Shown: piece after piece, positions 36,770 through 49,593 of the stretch
How the letters are laid out: each line of letters starts with the position of its first letter
Numbering within the stretch: position 1 is the first letter of the stretch
Assembly (NCBI GenBank): GCA_025201805.1
Contig: MU619269.1
Coordinates: forward strand, 64,633 to 128,632
Origin: Parasitella parasitica NRRL 2501
Taxonomy: Eukaryota; Fungi; Mucoromycota
Direction: 5' to 3'
DNA: 64,000 nt
The notes under the pieces: model-generated
What the model saw: only the letters and a program-made list of their open reading frames with translations
The model's database searches: none
What the model was told of the DNA's origin: nothing
Position numbers and translations under genes: made by a program

Positions 36770-37205
36770 AGTTGAAATACATGCAACAAAATTCAAACCG
36801 TTACTTTTTTCTTCTCGGTTAAAGGCATAAGCTGTGCCTAATATCTTTGCAATATATCCAGGTTTTATGCAGCGCCTCGAACCATCTTTAAATTCTGTCC
36901 TTTTTGTACCCTCAAACAATTGTTTGTTAGCCTCTTGCTGAACAACAATAGGTGAGACCCTGAGATATGTTGATGTTGGTACCAAAATAATATCAGAATG
37001 CGTATCATTTTACCGATCAATTCATTGAGTAATTTCTATTTATACAGTAGAAAGTCTGCTTTCTTTTTTGGAAATATGATTTGCTCTTAGATTGCGAATT
37101 AGACAAGTCAAAGCTACAGCCTCCAAACGCATTCCTTCAGTTTGCTTTCGAGAGTTTCTCGATGCGGTTGCACAAGAAGGCCCACTTGTTCAAATAATTA
37201 GCATT
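36770..37205 (-). pseudogene. Degenerate coding remnant, possibly of a PD-(D/E)XK-like repeat-associated family
   Basis: One frame reads ...RLEAVALTCLIRNL...*...*NDTHSDIILVPTSTYLRVSPIVVQQEANKQLF with several in-frame stops. Confidence 0.3.
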
Positions 37206-37600
37206 TTGGCGGTAAAGTTTATAATCGTTAATGCATGATTTTTGTACAGTGAGTTGGCGAAACAAGTCTTTATTGGACTACAATAGCTGTGGCTATATTC
37301 TGGGTTCGCATGTGTACGATTTCAGTTCGGGAGAGCACAGTTGAAGCATTTGGACTTGATGTGACATTTTAAGCCGACGATGTGTATCATACAACAACGC
37401 CAAGTAATGCGGAGCATGTAGAATACTAAACGATTGCTTCATTCTCAATTAGCAATTTCTATTGGATAAAGCAGCCTTAATCATGAGCAACCATCACCTG
37501 AAAAATATAAAAGTTTCCGCTTTTTTATTCGCTCTCCCTTTCTCTTTTCTTCAACATCAAAATATATTTAAACTTTTTTTTTTTTTTTTATTTATATACA

Positions 37601-37916
37601 ATGTCCAAGTTTGGAACCGATGAGAAGCCCATAGACACCTCGTACTACGAATTGTTAGACATTCCTACCAATGCTGAAGCTATACAAATCAAGAAGGCCT
37701 ATAGGTATGCATTGGGATTGCTATGATATGAATCCCCTGTAAATTAACAATAATTTTTCGTAGAAAACTTGCCATGGTAAATTCTCAATTGCCATCCTAC
37801 AATTAGAGTAGATCTTGCATATTTACTTTTCACTCATGTAGGTTTACCATCCGGATAAGAACAAGGACCCAGGAGCTGAGGAAAAGGTATGATAGACAGC
37901 AAAATTTTCATTGGAA

Positions 37917-37972
<56 letters not shown>

Positions 37973-39002
37973 NNNNNNNNNNCAAATTCATTTGCAGTTT
38001 AAAGAAATCTCAGAAGCTTATCAAGTGTTATCAGATCCTCAGTTGCGCGCAGCTTACAACAAGTATGGCAAAGACAAAGAACTTGCTCCAGAAGGCGGAT
38101 TTGCGGATCCCCGTGAATACTTCCAGCAAATGTTTGGTGGTGATGCATTCAGAAGTATGCTGCTGATTTTTCGTAGCAACCATAGAGTGACTCAACCATC
38201 TTGTCCATGTAGGTATTATAGGTGATTTAGCTGTGGGTGAAATGTTTAGTGATGTACAGCAAGATGAACTCGACAAGCAAGGTGCTGCTGAGGGTAGTGA
38301 GGAAGGCGAAAAGAAGCAAATGAATAAGGAGCAAATAGAAAAAATGCAAAAACAGCAACAGGAACGTGTGGATAAACTGGCAGAAACACTCAAATTGAAA
38401 TTGGCATTATACACTGAAAGTGAAGGTGACCAGCAAGCTATGACTGCATTCCAAGACCAAATCAAACATGAAGCAGAGAAATTGAAAAATGAGAGTTATG
38501 GCCTTGAGTTGCTTCACTCCATCGGCGGTGTGTATTCACTCAAAGCCAAGCATCATTTGGGTATCAAAGGTGGTGGAATGCCTAGCATTTTCCTTGGTTT
38601 CAAGCAAAAAAAACACATTGTCAAGGAACTCTGGACGACTGTAAAGGTTGCGATGGATGTGCAACAAGCTGCGGAAATGATATCAAAGGCAGAGGAAAAA
38701 GGTATGGATGATTCTGACAAGATGAAACTGGAGGAAGAAGTCACCACCAAGGTAAGCTCATCATTTCTAAAGCAAGAGTCAATCCTTACATGGTCATTTC
38801 ATAGACTTACAAGGCACTATGGCAAACTTCAAAGTTTGAAGTAGAAGCTACACTACGTCAAGTATGTGATAAGGTACTCCAGGATAAGGATGTCGACAGT
38901 AAAACTCGTCAAAAAAGAGCGATAGCCTTGAAATGGATTGGGTACATTTACAAACATACCGAAGCAGACAAATCTTGTATGGATATACAAATTAAAGCAT
39001 AA
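37601..39002 (+). CDS. DnaJ-domain protein with DnaJ-X domain (Djp1/Caj1-like), multi-exon, including a 13-nt exon at 37764-37776
   Basis: DTSYYELL, IKKAYRKLAMVYHPDKN, FKEISEAYQVLSD, LKNESYGLELLHSIG, EVEATLRQVCDKVL. Confidence 0.9.
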
Positions 39003-39051
39003 CTCACTACTACTTTTTATATATAATTATAATAAATTTCACTACTATTAA

Positions 39052-42000
39052 TTAATTTACAATCATACTGCTGTGCAATAAGTCTTGCGCTTGTTTCTTG
39101 AATACTGATGAAATGCCCACAGCCGGAGCAGAAAGAGGCTCTCTTCCAACATATTGAATTCCCTAATAACAAGTTCAGTATGTTACACTAATATCACAAA
39201 TGTCCATGTATTACAAGTGGTACCTTATTTCCTGGCAAGAGTTGAGCCAATCGTGGTGCCATGAAGGCATAGGCTCCGGCGTTTTGAGGCTCTTCTTGGC
39301 ACCACACAAACTCTTGTGCACCAGAATACTTTTGAATTTCCTCAGCAAGAGCACCTTTGGGGAAGGGACTCAATTCTTCGATGCGAACCAAAGCGATCTT
39401 CTCATCGAGTCCTCGATTTTGTCGTTCTTTTACCAAATCATAATAGAACTTTCCTGATACAAATACGACCTTTTCGACCTTGGCATTGTCTTTGATTGAA
39501 GCGTCCTTCAAGACAGGTTGGAAACTTGTTCCAGGAGCCATGTCAGCTAAAGAACTGACTGCCAGCTAATTTAAAATCGAGTTAATTTGGCGATACAACT
39601 CGTTCCACCATGTATATATAGTAAAACTTACGGGTGATTTTAGCAAGCTTTTAGGCGAAACGACAATCAGTGGTTTGCGATAGCTACGAAGCATCTATAT
39701 GCCAATAGTTGAGGATATGTGCATGTTATACACTTGCTACTTAATGTACCTGTCTGCGGAGTACGTGGAAATATTGTGCTGGCGTTGTGCAGTTTACAAT
39801 GTGCCAGTTTGGTGGTCTGTCTTCCACCTTGTTCACATCAAACGCATCATTGCTCATCTATGTGCCAATGCGCTCAGTGATAGTAATAAAAAAAAAAAAA
39901 GAAAAAAAAAAAAGAGTATAGTCTAAAAACACAGCACATACCTGCAAGAAGCGCTCTACTCTGCTGGACGAGTGTTCAGGGCCAGCACCATCTTGGCCAT
40001 GAGGAAGTAGCATTACTAGACCACTCTGACGCAGCCATTTCTCTTCTCCACTAGACAAAAATGTGTCGATTGCGATCTGTGCACCGTTAAAGAAATCGCC
40101 AAATTGGGCCTCCCATAACACCAGACGTTTGGGCGATTCGATCGACATGCCGTATTCAAACCCCAACACAGCAAACTCTGACAAGGGACTATTGGCTACC
40201 TCCAAAAAGTTCTTTTGATCAGGCTGCATATGATTGAGTGGAACCACTGTACGCTCCGTATCTTGACAGACAAACATGGCATGGCGTTGCGAGAAGGTGC
40301 CTCGGCCGACGTCCTGACCAGAAATACGCACATCGCATCCATCTTGTATAAGAGAACCAAATGCTAGTGCTTCAGCAGTCGCCCAATCCAACCCATGGCC
40401 TTGCTTTAGTTTCTTTGTGCGCTGCTCAATATGGTATTTTTGCAGGCGAGGGTGGACCTTGATATCACCGGGAGGCGTTACGGAAAGTTGGCCGATATCA
40501 ACCAAGGCGCTTTCGTCATACCCGGTGTCTGGATTCTCGTTCTCTCTTGCTGATGTGATGTGACGAATACCGTTCCAGTTAGCATCAAGGTGGAAGCGTT
40601 TTGCGTCAGGCACAAATTCTTCTGCATCTTGCAGTGCTTGCTCCAGCAGCTTTACCTGGTCATTGCGTACTTGCTGAGCTTCTGCTTCTGAGCCGAGTGT
40701 TTGTTCGTCTATTAGCTTCTTTTCATAAAGCTTGGGAACAGAGGTACGATGCCTAATGTTGTTGTACATTACAGGCTGAGTGAAAGCAGGCTCATCAAGC
40801 TCATTATGGCCCCAGCGACGATAACACATTAAATCAAGGATGATATCCTACTCTGCATGTAAATATTCTATTTGGCGGACGGCATAGGACTAGTTTACCT
40901 TTCTAAACTTGTTTCTATATTCAAACACCATGTCTAAGGCTCTGGCGACGTCTTCAGGGAAATCGCCATTAACATGAACAACAGGTACGTTGATCATTTT
41001 TCCAATATCAGAGCAGTAGGCGGAAGAACGGGCGTTTTGCGCAGGCGTAGTGTATCCCAACTGATTATTGACGACAATATGAACGGAACCGCCAGAGGAA
41101 TAGTGGGCTAGATTACTCATTCCCAATCCTTCCATCACGATGCCTTGTCCAGAAAATGCCTGCATGTAGTATATTGCCAGTTAAACGTATATCCAACATT
41201 GTAAAAAAAAAAAAAAAAAACCACACTCACAGCATCTCCATGAATTTGCACGCACATAACCCTATCGCCCAGATTGCAAGATTTTTCTGATGAGGCCAGA
41301 AGACCCGTTTGTTTTGCTCTTGCCTTTCCCATAGCTACTGGATTGATAGCTTCTAAATGGGATGGATTGGCTAGTAGCGACACATGCACCTTTTTGCCAC
41401 CGTAGGTCAAGTCAGGGTTGTTCACCAAATGGGAGATCACATCTCCGGAGCCAAAAGTCCCTAGTGGCAACTCAGAATGGCCCTTCATCTTATGAAAGAG
41501 AGCGGCATGTGGGTACTGCAACAAGTCGCACAGCAAGTTCAAGCGGCCTCGATGGGGCATGCCAATAACGATATCTTGGATGCTATTCTGTGCCGAGAGC
41601 TCAAACAGGCGATCCAAAGCGACCATCATGCTCTCTGCGCCTTCAAGGCCATATCTCTTGAGGTTGGGAAACTTTTTGCCCAAAAATTGGTCAAAAACCT
41701 ACGCGAGCGGTTAGCATATGTGCAGGGAATACCGCGTATATCGATGACTTGCCTCTGATTTCGACAATAGGCTATGGATACGCTTCTTTTGTTCGACATC
41801 CAACCGAGGTTTCTCCCAGCTTTCGACGGCATGATACCACCATCTCCTCTCGCTAGCAGACTTTGACGACATGTTATTTGATGCAGGGCCGTGAGAAAAT
41901 TGTCTAAACTTACTGGTAAATGCATAAACTCGTAGGCAATTTTCCCACAATAAACGGCTTGCAAGTGATCCAGAATGGTTTTAAAATCAGCTTCGTCGCC

Positions 42001-42435
42001 TTGGTTTTTCTCGTGCATGGCACCATTTACATGCAGAATGCCTAACAAGCTGTTGATCTATCGACAAATGTATTATGCAAGACCCGACAGACAACACTTA
42101 CCCGCCAAATTGTAGCTCTCGGAAGCGCTCTCGCCTAGCCCATAACGCTCAGGCTTCAGAGCAAGCACCTCTTTTCTCTTCATAATGTCCAGCGGATCTA
42201 AACGAGCTCCTTCGTGTCCATGCGTACGATAGGCCTGCACCATGCGCAATAGACTGCCGTGCTTCATACGGTTTGATAACTCCTGGGCGCTGTAGTCAGG
42301 TAGCTTGAACTCCTTGGCAACGCGATAGCCATAGACCCCGTCGTCGTGATACGATCTGGTTAAACTTCCCCGGAGTAGAGTTGCAGTGGCTCTGCGGTCA
42401 TTTATATTTCTAGTAAGCGACAAGAATCGAGACAT
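39052..42435 (-). CDS. DHTKD1: 2-oxoadipate dehydrogenase E1 (DHTKD1-like; 2-oxoacid dehydrogenase E1 family), multi-exon
   Basis: Mitochondrial presequence then YHDDGVYGY (DHTKD1-type N-terminus), [62 protein letters not shown]. Confidence 0.82.
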
Positions 42436-43137
42436 TATTATTGCTTAAGAGAGAGAGAAGAAGAAGAAGAAAAAAAAAAAGGAGTGAGAAGCGAGATTTC
42501 GCTGGATTTTTATACTTGTTGTTGGGCCTTTGATTCAGGTCGAGTTTTACCACGCCTATGTTGAGCCAAGGCTTTTGGCACACGATCACCTGATTGCCTA
42601 CTATCTTCACGCGCGACAACATGTATTTTAGCGGAATGACACTCTTGGGCTATTGTACGAGATATGTAGAAAAGCTCAAAAGACAGCAGGCATGTCGGAT
42701 ATGCACCAAACGGTTTCTGTCAAGCGATAGACTCTTTAACGATTGTCCAATGAACAAAGCTTAGTGCAAAATAAAAAGACAACATTGGCTCTAGCTTGCT
42801 GAATTCAAGCTTGGCTAGACACCCGCAGGTCTGCAAAAATGTGCATTACAAGTTTACTCAGGGGCTCGGATTCACTTGTGATATTTGTTAGACGCCCATG
42901 TAGAGCCATCAATTTGTTTGGGCGACGTCCCCACAACAGATAGATATCGAAGAAAAGAGACCTTGGTAAGGCACATGAGATTGGGCAAAGTATAGCCCAC
43001 ACCGGAACTCGTTACGGAAATAAAGTCTTTATTAAGTGTATTAGGGGATTGCCTCGCTTCAGTCGACAATAAAGAAATTGCAGCATGCTTAGAAAGGAGT
43101 GACAACGTGGTATAGCAAAACTTGCTTTGACAATCAT

Positions 43138-43858
43138 TTAGATGTCTTCCAGACTAGAATTGATTTCATCCAATTGACGTCTCAAGTCAGCAATCTCCTG
43201 GTTCAATTTTTCGTTTTCACTTTCCTGGCTATCAGAAGCAATTTTCATTTGTTGCACTTTACGTTCAAAATGCTCGGCCTTGACATCCGCCTCTCTCAGA
43301 CTATCGAGTTTATATATGTCAAACAACAGAAAAAAAAAAAAGTGATTTTGCCCACAAAAACTTACTTTTTAGTGGTATCCCTAAACTCGGTCTCGGCAGT
43401 TTCCAATTCCTTTTCCAGCAGAGTGATCTTTCCTTGTGCCTCGGCGTTTTCTTTCTTCAGAATATCTATGTCACCTTGAAGCAGCTTCAACTGCTCAATT
43501 TTTTCATTGGCTGCTTCCAGCTGTTCTTGCATCTGCTTGTTCTGGTTTTCGAGGGAGATGATGTCGTGCTCTTGTTTTGTTTGCACTTGTTCGAGCAGTT
43601 TCAGCTGCTGGATTTGCTCATTTGCCAGGTCCAGCTCCTGCCTCAAGCGGTCATTCTGGCTTGTGAGAGAGATAATCTCACGTTCTTGATTTGTTTTTTC
43701 TTGCTCCAACTGCTTGCAATTTGCTTCATTTTCATCTGCTCTGGCATTGGCCTCCTCGACTTCCCTACGAAGGCCTGCAAATTTCTGTTGGGAAATAGCT
43801 GGTTAAAACACCATCTTTTTTGCTCGACACGGTGCCTTACACTCTGAATCTTTTCCAT
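43138..43858 (-). CDS. Tropomyosin, 199 aa, 3 exons (43858-43841, 43784-43366, 43300-43138)
   Basis: MEKIQSKFAGLRREVEEANARADE...LREADVKAEHFERKVQ is the fungal tropomyosin signature. Exons sum to 600 nt. Confidence 0.88.
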
Positions 43859-44063
43859 GTCTAAAAAAAAAAAAAAAAAGAACATGGTTGTGCAGGTTTA
43901 TATGGCCAAACAAACTCGTCATGATTCACGTGCCTGAACATGCTTTTACCCCCACCACCATCGTCTCCGTTTTTTTATAGCTTCATCAATGAATTCGAGC
44001 ACATGTACCGTTAATGATATGGTTTATTGATTTTTTTTTTTTTTTTTCATTCTATGGGATTTT

Positions 44064-44808
44064 TTACACGGGCAAACGTTCTGACCCATCCCTGGCTGTG
44101 CTTGGATCTTCCATGTCGGCGTACATGACATTTCTTATCGACGTCCTTAGTCCAATGTCGACAACCAAATCACCATGATAAAACAAATCTTCCGAGGCTG
44201 ATTCATCGCCACTGCTGCTGTCTTCTCTCGGCGGTAACATCAACGTGACTCTTTCAGCGCCCAGAGCTGTCGCGAGTCCTCGAGGAACCGATAGTGTCGT
44301 TACCACCGTGCCGTTCAACAGCAGATGGGAGGAAAGACTGGATGTGATCAGCACTCGCACAATTTGCAAGATAAAGACCACGCAGTCCAACATCAAGAGT
44401 CTGAAGGTGCTCGGTTTTTCTTCTAATGGATAAAAACGTTGGTATTTGTATTTACAATTAAAAAAAACACAGAGACTATACGTTACGGATGCCAATAAAG
44501 TCGATTATAATGCCTGGCTGACCGGGTTCAGTAGTGATGTGCATTAAAATACATATTAACCAGCCTGCTGTAACTATGGCTAATGCTGTGCGTAACGAGC
44601 GAGTCAGTGCTCGGGGCGATAATAGTTGCTTTACATGAATAAGTTGAAATGACACCAAGCTGTCCCTCTGCTATGTACTTACTAGTTGGAGCAGCAAACG
44701 AAAGAATAGTACCAGCAAGCTTGTATCAAGAAAGTAGGTGTATGCTATATGGCAGTATAAAATATAGTCCAAGGACCTCAGCACATCTCTTTTTCCGTTC
44801 GAATTCAT
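44064..44808 (-). CDS. DUF1746 membrane protein (Dsc4/DscD-like), 2 introns
   Basis: KRDVLRSLDYILYCHIAYTYFLDTSLLVLFFRLLLQ, GIIIDFIG and LLMLDCVVFILQ. Confidence 0.65.
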
Positions 44809-45431
44809 ACAGCAAAAGTGAGGGGGGGGGGGAGGAAAAAAAATAGCCAGAAGAAGAGAGCTGGAAATTCTAATGGTGCACACAGTATTTTCTACTCGGA
44901 CAGGCATGCACATAGTCCTGCTTGACATCACAATATGCGAGAGTAACCAAGTTTGCGTAGCTGGATGTTTTGTACATGATCCTAATAAAAAAAAAAAGAA
45001 CACTCGAGTCTGTTGAAGATTATCGCTGAGGAAAATAGTATAGACGTCTGCTTAGATTGTGCACAATACAATTATGCACTAGTATATCTCGTTGAATTTT
45101 ACAAAAAGCGTATTCCTGTGTACTTGAGACGGTTTAAGAATCGTACCAATAATGCACCTGAGCGTCTNNNNNNNNNNNNNNNNNNNNNNNNNNNNNNNNN
45201 NNNNNNNNNNNNNNNNNNNNNNCTGTATCTGCTGTATAATATGTGCTTCTTGGTAGAGCTGTTTGAACTGGTTTTTTTTTTATCTCAACATCAGTGACAC
45301 ACAGGTTGTAGAATTCCCTTTTTTGCCATCATCCGAATGCGCGCACAGCGAATCATGGCGCAGATCAGATTTTGTATAAAAAAAGAGCCCTGATCTCCAG
45401 AGCCTCGCTCTTTATTCAGCATTCAATTAAC

Positions 45432-48400
45432 ATGGCTAAAAGCTCAACAGCTGACTCTATCCTTCTGCAAGAATGCTGTAGTTCTAAATGTCCTAGCGGA
45501 GAACCTGCTGCTAGGAGCAAGCTCAAGACACCAAGTGTCTCTGTATTCCGGTTGTTCCGTTTCGCTACGCCGAAGGAAAGGGCCATGATTTGCACTGCCA
45601 TGCTCTTTTCAGCTGGTACCGGCGCCTTACAGCCTGTGTCCATTCTCGTTTATGCCTCGTTCATATCCTCGTTGACAGCCTCTCTCTCTGAGAACAACTC
45701 CAACCTGGTTAGTGCGACATTGCCTGTCATACATACCATGGTGTACATGGGAACTGCTTCTTTGGTAGCTGCGTATGTATCTACTTGTTTATGGATCTTG
45801 ACTGGAGAGAGCCAAACTCGAAGAATCAGATTGCTGTACCTGAAGTCAGTCTTGCATCAAGACATGAGCTGGTTTGATCAATCTAAAGACGGCTCTTTGA
45901 ATACTCGGCTGGCCTCTGATACTCAATTGATCCAAGATGGCATCTCTGAAAAGGCAGGGTTGTTGATATCCTTCTTTGCTCAATTTGTTGGGGGGTTTGT
46001 GGTTGCATTTGTCAAAGGTATTTATTGCCATTTTCACTGCTTATATCTGTATTACACCACACTGATCCATATTTTATACACATAGGTTGGCAAATGGCTC
46101 TCGTTCTACTCGTTGCTGTGCCTCTTTTAGGAGTGTCAGGCTCGATGATGGCTCATTTTCTTAGTAGATACGCTAAAGAATCGCAAGACTCGTTTGCAGA
46201 ATCAGGTGCTATTGCCGAACAAGCTTTCCAATACATCAAGACAGTTTATTCATTCACGCTTCAAAGGAGATTCTCTGATCGCTACAATCAAAAGCTAGAG
46301 GACGCCTGTAAAGCGGGTGTAAAAGGGGGAATTGCTCTCGGCGTTGGCTTTGCGTTCTTTATGTTTTTCTTGTTTGGAACGTTTGGTTTAGCCCTCTGGT
46401 TTGGCTCTAAACTCGTAACTGAAGGCAAACTCACAGGCCCGTCGGTATTTGTTGTGTTTTTATCCATGATGCTGGGCTGCATGAGCTTTGTCAAGCTGCC
46501 TCCAAATCTCTCTGCTGTCTCTGGCGCATGTGGTGCTGCCTATCAAGTGTTTAAAGTAATCGATCGTGCCCCTCAGATCAACATTGACTCAGAGGATGGC
46601 CAGACGCTTGCTACTGTACAAGGAACTATCACATTTGACCATGTATCATTCAGCTATCCAATGCGCCCCGACCTCTACACCATCAAAGATCTTACATTGC
46701 AGGTAAATTCTGGAACCACTGTCGCATTCGTGGGTCTTTCCGGCTCTGGTAAATCGACAGCAATACAACTTATGCAGCGATTTTATGATGTTTCCACAGG
46801 CCAGATCTCACTGGATGGTCATAACTTGAAAGAGTTGAACGTCAAATGGCTGCGACAGCAAATTGGTGTTGTAAATCAAGAGCCCATCTTGTTCAACATG
46901 ACAATTCGGCAAAACATTTCGATGGGCTGTGATAACGATCAGCTAGTGACAGACCAGGAAATCATCGAGGCCTGCAAGGAAGCAAACTGCCATTCGTTCA
47001 TTTCTCAGCTGCCCAACGGCTACGACACAGTAGTCGGCGATGGTGGTAGCATGCTCTCTGGTGGCCAACGGCAAAGGATCGCAATTGCGCGTGCTATTAT
47101 AAGAAACCCTGCCATTTTGCTTCTTGACGAGGTTTGTATGCAAGCGAACAATGACTCAGACATAATTATGTACTAACTTTCCTTGGTTTTTTTTTTTTTG
47201 CGTAATCATTCAGGCGACTTCTGCTTTGGATACCCAGTCTGAGAGGCTGGTTCAAAATGCACTTGATAAAGTATCTAGTAACCGTACTACGATCATTGTT
47301 GCTCATCGGCTCTCCACCATCATGAATGCCGACCTCATTGTTGTGCTGGACCGCGGCTCAATAGCAGAGAAAGGTACTCATTGCCAATTGATCGAGTTAG
47401 GTGGTATATACTCGGATCTAGTGAAAAAGCAAACCGTCCATGCAAATACAAGCAAACGTGACACACAATCATTGCTACCGCAAAGTCAAGCAATAGAGCT
47501 AAAAGACCTCGATGAGAGGCACGTTTCTGCTGAATTGCTTGACATGAAAAGCCATCATCATGAACTTGCTTTGACTAAACAAAAGCACACTTTAAAAGGC
47601 CAACGAGCACCTGTTTGGAGAGTCTTTTGGCATATGCGGCCAGAGTGGAGTTACCTTGCTTTGGGAGTGGTGGGCTCGGCTTTAGCTGGCTGCGTCTTTC
47701 CGTTGTACGCCTATTCTTTCTCTCATGTTATCTCGATACTCAGTGTGCCCGGTCAAGCCATTCAGCCTAGTCCTTTGGGGGGCACTAATCTCTATGCTTT
47801 CATTTTCGCCATCATTGGCATTGCTGCTTTTATTGGCAATGGTTGCCAATTCATGGCATTCGAGATATGCGGGCAAAAGTATTCAAAACGGTTGCGCGGT
47901 GAAGTGTTTGCTGCTTACATGAAGCAAGAGGTTGCGTTCTTTGACGCAGAAGAGAATAGTGTGGGAGCCCTCACTACTAGGCTGGCAGTAGATACTCGCA
48001 GTGTGAATGAAATGATAACCAAGGTCTGGGGAGATGTAACAAACCTATGCATTACAATTGTTGTGGCTCTGGTCATTGCGTTCCTTCATAGCTGGGCATT
48101 GACTCTTGTCACTCTGTGCATGTCGCCGTTTCTTGTAGCATCAACGGCCTACGAGTTCTATTTACAACGAGGGTTTGAAGACAGCACAAGGATTGCTAAT
48201 GCTCAAAGCAGCGAGATTGCTGGTGAGGCTATTCGTCAAGTGAGAACAGTCGCTGCTTTGAACAAACAGCGTTATTTCGAAGATCGATATTTTGAAGCTA
48301 CTGCCTATCCCCATAAGCTTGCCACCAGAAAGGCTTACCTGTCTTCCATTGGCGCTGCTTGTAACAAGGGAGTTGGTATCTACACAAACGCCATCGCATT

Positions 48401-49453
48401 CTACGCGGGTGTCCATTTTATTCAGCACGGCATGATTGATTTTCAGCAAATGTTTACCAGTATGACAGTATGTATAGTTGTATGATCTCTTATATCATTC
48501 CACAGCTGACTATTTGCTATGTATTCTTTATACAGGTTATTATGACAGCCTCAGAAGCTGTTGGCAGAAGCACCACTTTTGTAGCTGCATTTGCAAAGGC
48601 TAAATCGGCTGCTAGTGCTTCCTTCGAAATCTTGGATCGACGCACGCACATTGACCCTGAGTTGGAAGGAATCGAGCCAGTGAGCCAGAGTGTCCGCGGC
48701 AATGTCGAGTTTCGAAACATCGAGTTTGCCTATCCAGCTCGCCCTGATGCTCCTGTATTCAATGGAAAGTTCAGTTTGCACGGAAAATCTGGCCAAAGTA
48801 TCGCGCTGGTTGGCCCGTCTGGGTGCGGTAAATCCACCACCATCGGCATACTTCAACGCTGGTATGATCCGTCGAGTGGCGCTTGTTGCTTGGATGAACA
48901 CAATGTCAAGAGTTACTCTTTGTATAATCTTCGCAGCCATATTTCTATCGTTAGCCAAGAGCCTGTGCTGTTTGATCTATCGATCGAGGACAATCTTCGC
49001 TTCGGCGTTGATGACAACGAATCAGTTACCCAAGAACAAATACAAGACGCTTGCCGATCTGCCAATATACATGATTTTATTGCTGGTCTTCCCGATGGAT
49101 ATAACACCGTTGCTGGTACAAAAGGTTCTCAATTGTCTGGTGGTCAAAAGCAGCGCATCGCCATTGCTCGTGCTTTGATACGTAATCCCAAGGTGCTGCT
49201 TTTAGATGAGGCTACTTCCGCTCTTGACAGTGATAGTGAAAAAATTGTACAGCAGGCTTTGGATAGCGTTTTGAAGCAAGGCGGAAGAACTACTATCATG
49301 GTTGCTCATCGTCTGTCTACGATTCAAAATGCTAATCTTATCTGTGTTGTCAATAATGGTATAGTTGTAGAACAAGGCACGCATGATGAATTATTAGCTT
49401 TGAACCGCGAATACGCTTCGCTTGTTCGTGAACAATCACTGGCTGTTTTGTAG
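45432..49453 (+). CDS. Full-length ABCB (MDR1/P-glycoprotein-like) transporter, 3 introns
   Basis: TMD-NBD-TMD-NBD layout. Walker A GLSGSGKST and GPSGCGKST, signatures LSGGQRQRIAIARA and LSGGQKQRIAIARA, LLLDEATSALD. Confidence 0.96.
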
Positions 49454-49593
49454 GATAACATCTGACTAGTATGATACTGTATTTACATCAATAAAATTTT
49501 ATGTATTCCATTTGAGACGCATATTATTAGTATATTTGAATCTTTCATTCTCTACACATGTCTATATATCGACTAGAGAATACATGGCCGATT

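Noticed and set aside
42940-42990. YRRKETLVRHMR, reminiscent of a C2H2 finger helix
   Set aside because: The paired Cys, the second His and a gene structure are all missing.
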